64,000 bases of DNA from Veleropilina oligotropha. Its lineage: Eukaryota. Positions 62,618 through 64,000 of the stretch are shown here, in pieces. The translations under genes and the position numbers were made by a program. Under the pieces are notes generated by a model. That model was not told the origin of the DNA and ran no database searches. It saw only the letters and a program-made list of their open reading frames with translations. The DNA lies in contig JBEUKZ010000032.1 in assembly GCA_048128005.1 (NCBI GenBank), positions 434,001 through 498,000 of the forward strand, written 5' to 3'. How positions within the stretch are numbered: the first letter of the stretch is position 1; every line of letters begins with the position of its first letter.

Positions 62618-64000
62618 ATGAATGAACTGCGGAATTTGGCAAAAGATTACGGGCTTCCCGCTCGGTCGAAGCTCAAGAAAAACGACCTCATCAGGGCAAT
62701 AGCCGGGGTCCGTGCTGCGGAGTTTCGGAGGAGACTCGAGCGGGCGATGAAAACGGGAAGATTCCCCTCCATTCGTGGCGATGTGGAGAACCCCCACAAA
62801 AGAGGCCGTCGTGCTCGCGAATTGCGGCAGATTAAGGACGAGGTTGACGTCGCCCTCAAGGTCCGTAAATACGAAACCCAGGCTGCGAAAACGCCCGGGA
62901 TACGACAGAAGCCACTTCGTAACATCACGGATTGTGAAGCCGCACCTGCACGGTCTGACTAGGTCTCGGAAAGAGACCCTTGCCGGGGCAATAGCTCGGA
63001 AGGGGCCCGATCTTCTAGTCTCCAAAAAGCCCCGGACAGCCCAGGACTACCAGAAGGATCTTCTAGGGCTGATTACCACACCAGAGGGGCAACACTTCAT
63101 CGACCTGGATGTCCAGGCCCCTCCCCCAGTAAGGCTCCCAGCAAAAGAGCCATGGGTGGAACTCTTGAACGACGCCAAAGACGAGTTTGAGGTTGATGGC
63201 GCCGCGGCGGCCTTCTCCACATGGAGGGTAGAAGTGGACATTAAGATCGAACATGGCATCGAAGCGGACTGGCTGGCCCTGGATGCCCGTATGACAGACG
63301 CGAGGGCGGCACAGCTCCTCACAGCCCTTCCAAAGGGTGAGTTTCTCCTGAGAATAAAGTTCTTGCGTGAGTGGGGTGAAGGCGACTGGGTGATCGAAGA
63401 CAAGTTTGACCCGGTGAAGGCTGCGAGGAAGAAGGGCCAGGGTGTCGTTGAGATCTCTCAGAACACTAAGCCAGGTGCTATAACTGGGGTCGACAAAGCC
63501 TACTACGAGAACGCCTACCCGGTCACTGCAGTCGTCTACGGCCTCTACCCTCTCAGAGAACCAAACCCCACCAACCTGGTCCCAATGAAGAACGGCGACC
63601 TCAACTGCGTTGCCCAAAGAGTGATTGAGCACTTTGAAGGTGCCCTGAGAGGGAACGGACTCACCCCGACAAGGCGGCAGAAAATACAGGAGTGGGAAGA
63701 GCGAGTCCATGTAACAGGCGCCACTGTGGATGATATATCCATCCTCGAGAAGATACTGAAGCGGGCGATTGTCTTGAGAGACATCGCCGGCGAGGACGTC
63801 TTCAACAGCGGAAAATACCAGGCCAGTATGTGGAAGTCCATAGAACTCATCTGCCACAACGGCCACGCATGGTCCAAAGAGCTGCACTTTCCGCAGTCCC
63901 GCGAGGTCCACCTGTATGAGGGCGATGTCTGGGAAGCTATCAGACAAGCCACACATAATGAGCCATTAGCTGTCTGGCTCCTTGGTGGTAAAGACCAACA
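62618..64000 (+). pseudogene. N-terminal part of the fused replicase (copy 2), partial
   Basis: Homologous to 16241-17690; has its own small deletions at ~62930 and ~63010, then reads open to the window end. Confidence 0.75.

Larger units (their letters stand above)
62012..64000. mobile_element. Endogenous Polinton-like virus (copy 2), left end; continues beyond the window
   Basis: Same AGCAGCAGGGG terminus and subterminal motifs; collinear with 15820-17690. Confidence 0.9.

Overview
AT-rich, repeat-dense animal (probably invertebrate) genomic DNA, not prokaryotic. Most of the window is nested transposable elements: CR1/L2-group LINEs, an RTE and RNase H-bearing LINE fragments, a tRNA-derived SINE family, Harbinger and MULE-like DNA transposon relics, MITEs, Helitron-like tandem-array elements and microsatellites. 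Two minus-strand exons of a group II PLP-dependent decarboxylase are visible at ~12.5 kb and ~46.8 kb. The main feature is a GC-rich ~12.9 kb endogenous Polinton-like virus (15241 to ~28160) inserted into ORF2 of a LINE, with a second diverged copy starting at 62012 and running off the window. It encodes a retroviral-type integrase, an A32-like packaging ATPase, a probable double-jelly-roll major capsid protein, a truncated penton, several membrane proteins and a zinc-finger protein. Instead of a canonical protein-primed PolB gene it carries one long, now frameshifted replicase: HeH/Rho-N-like N-terminus, divergent PolB palm, SF1 helicase and endonuclease-VII-like C-terminus. All protein assignments are by motif recognition; no searches were run.
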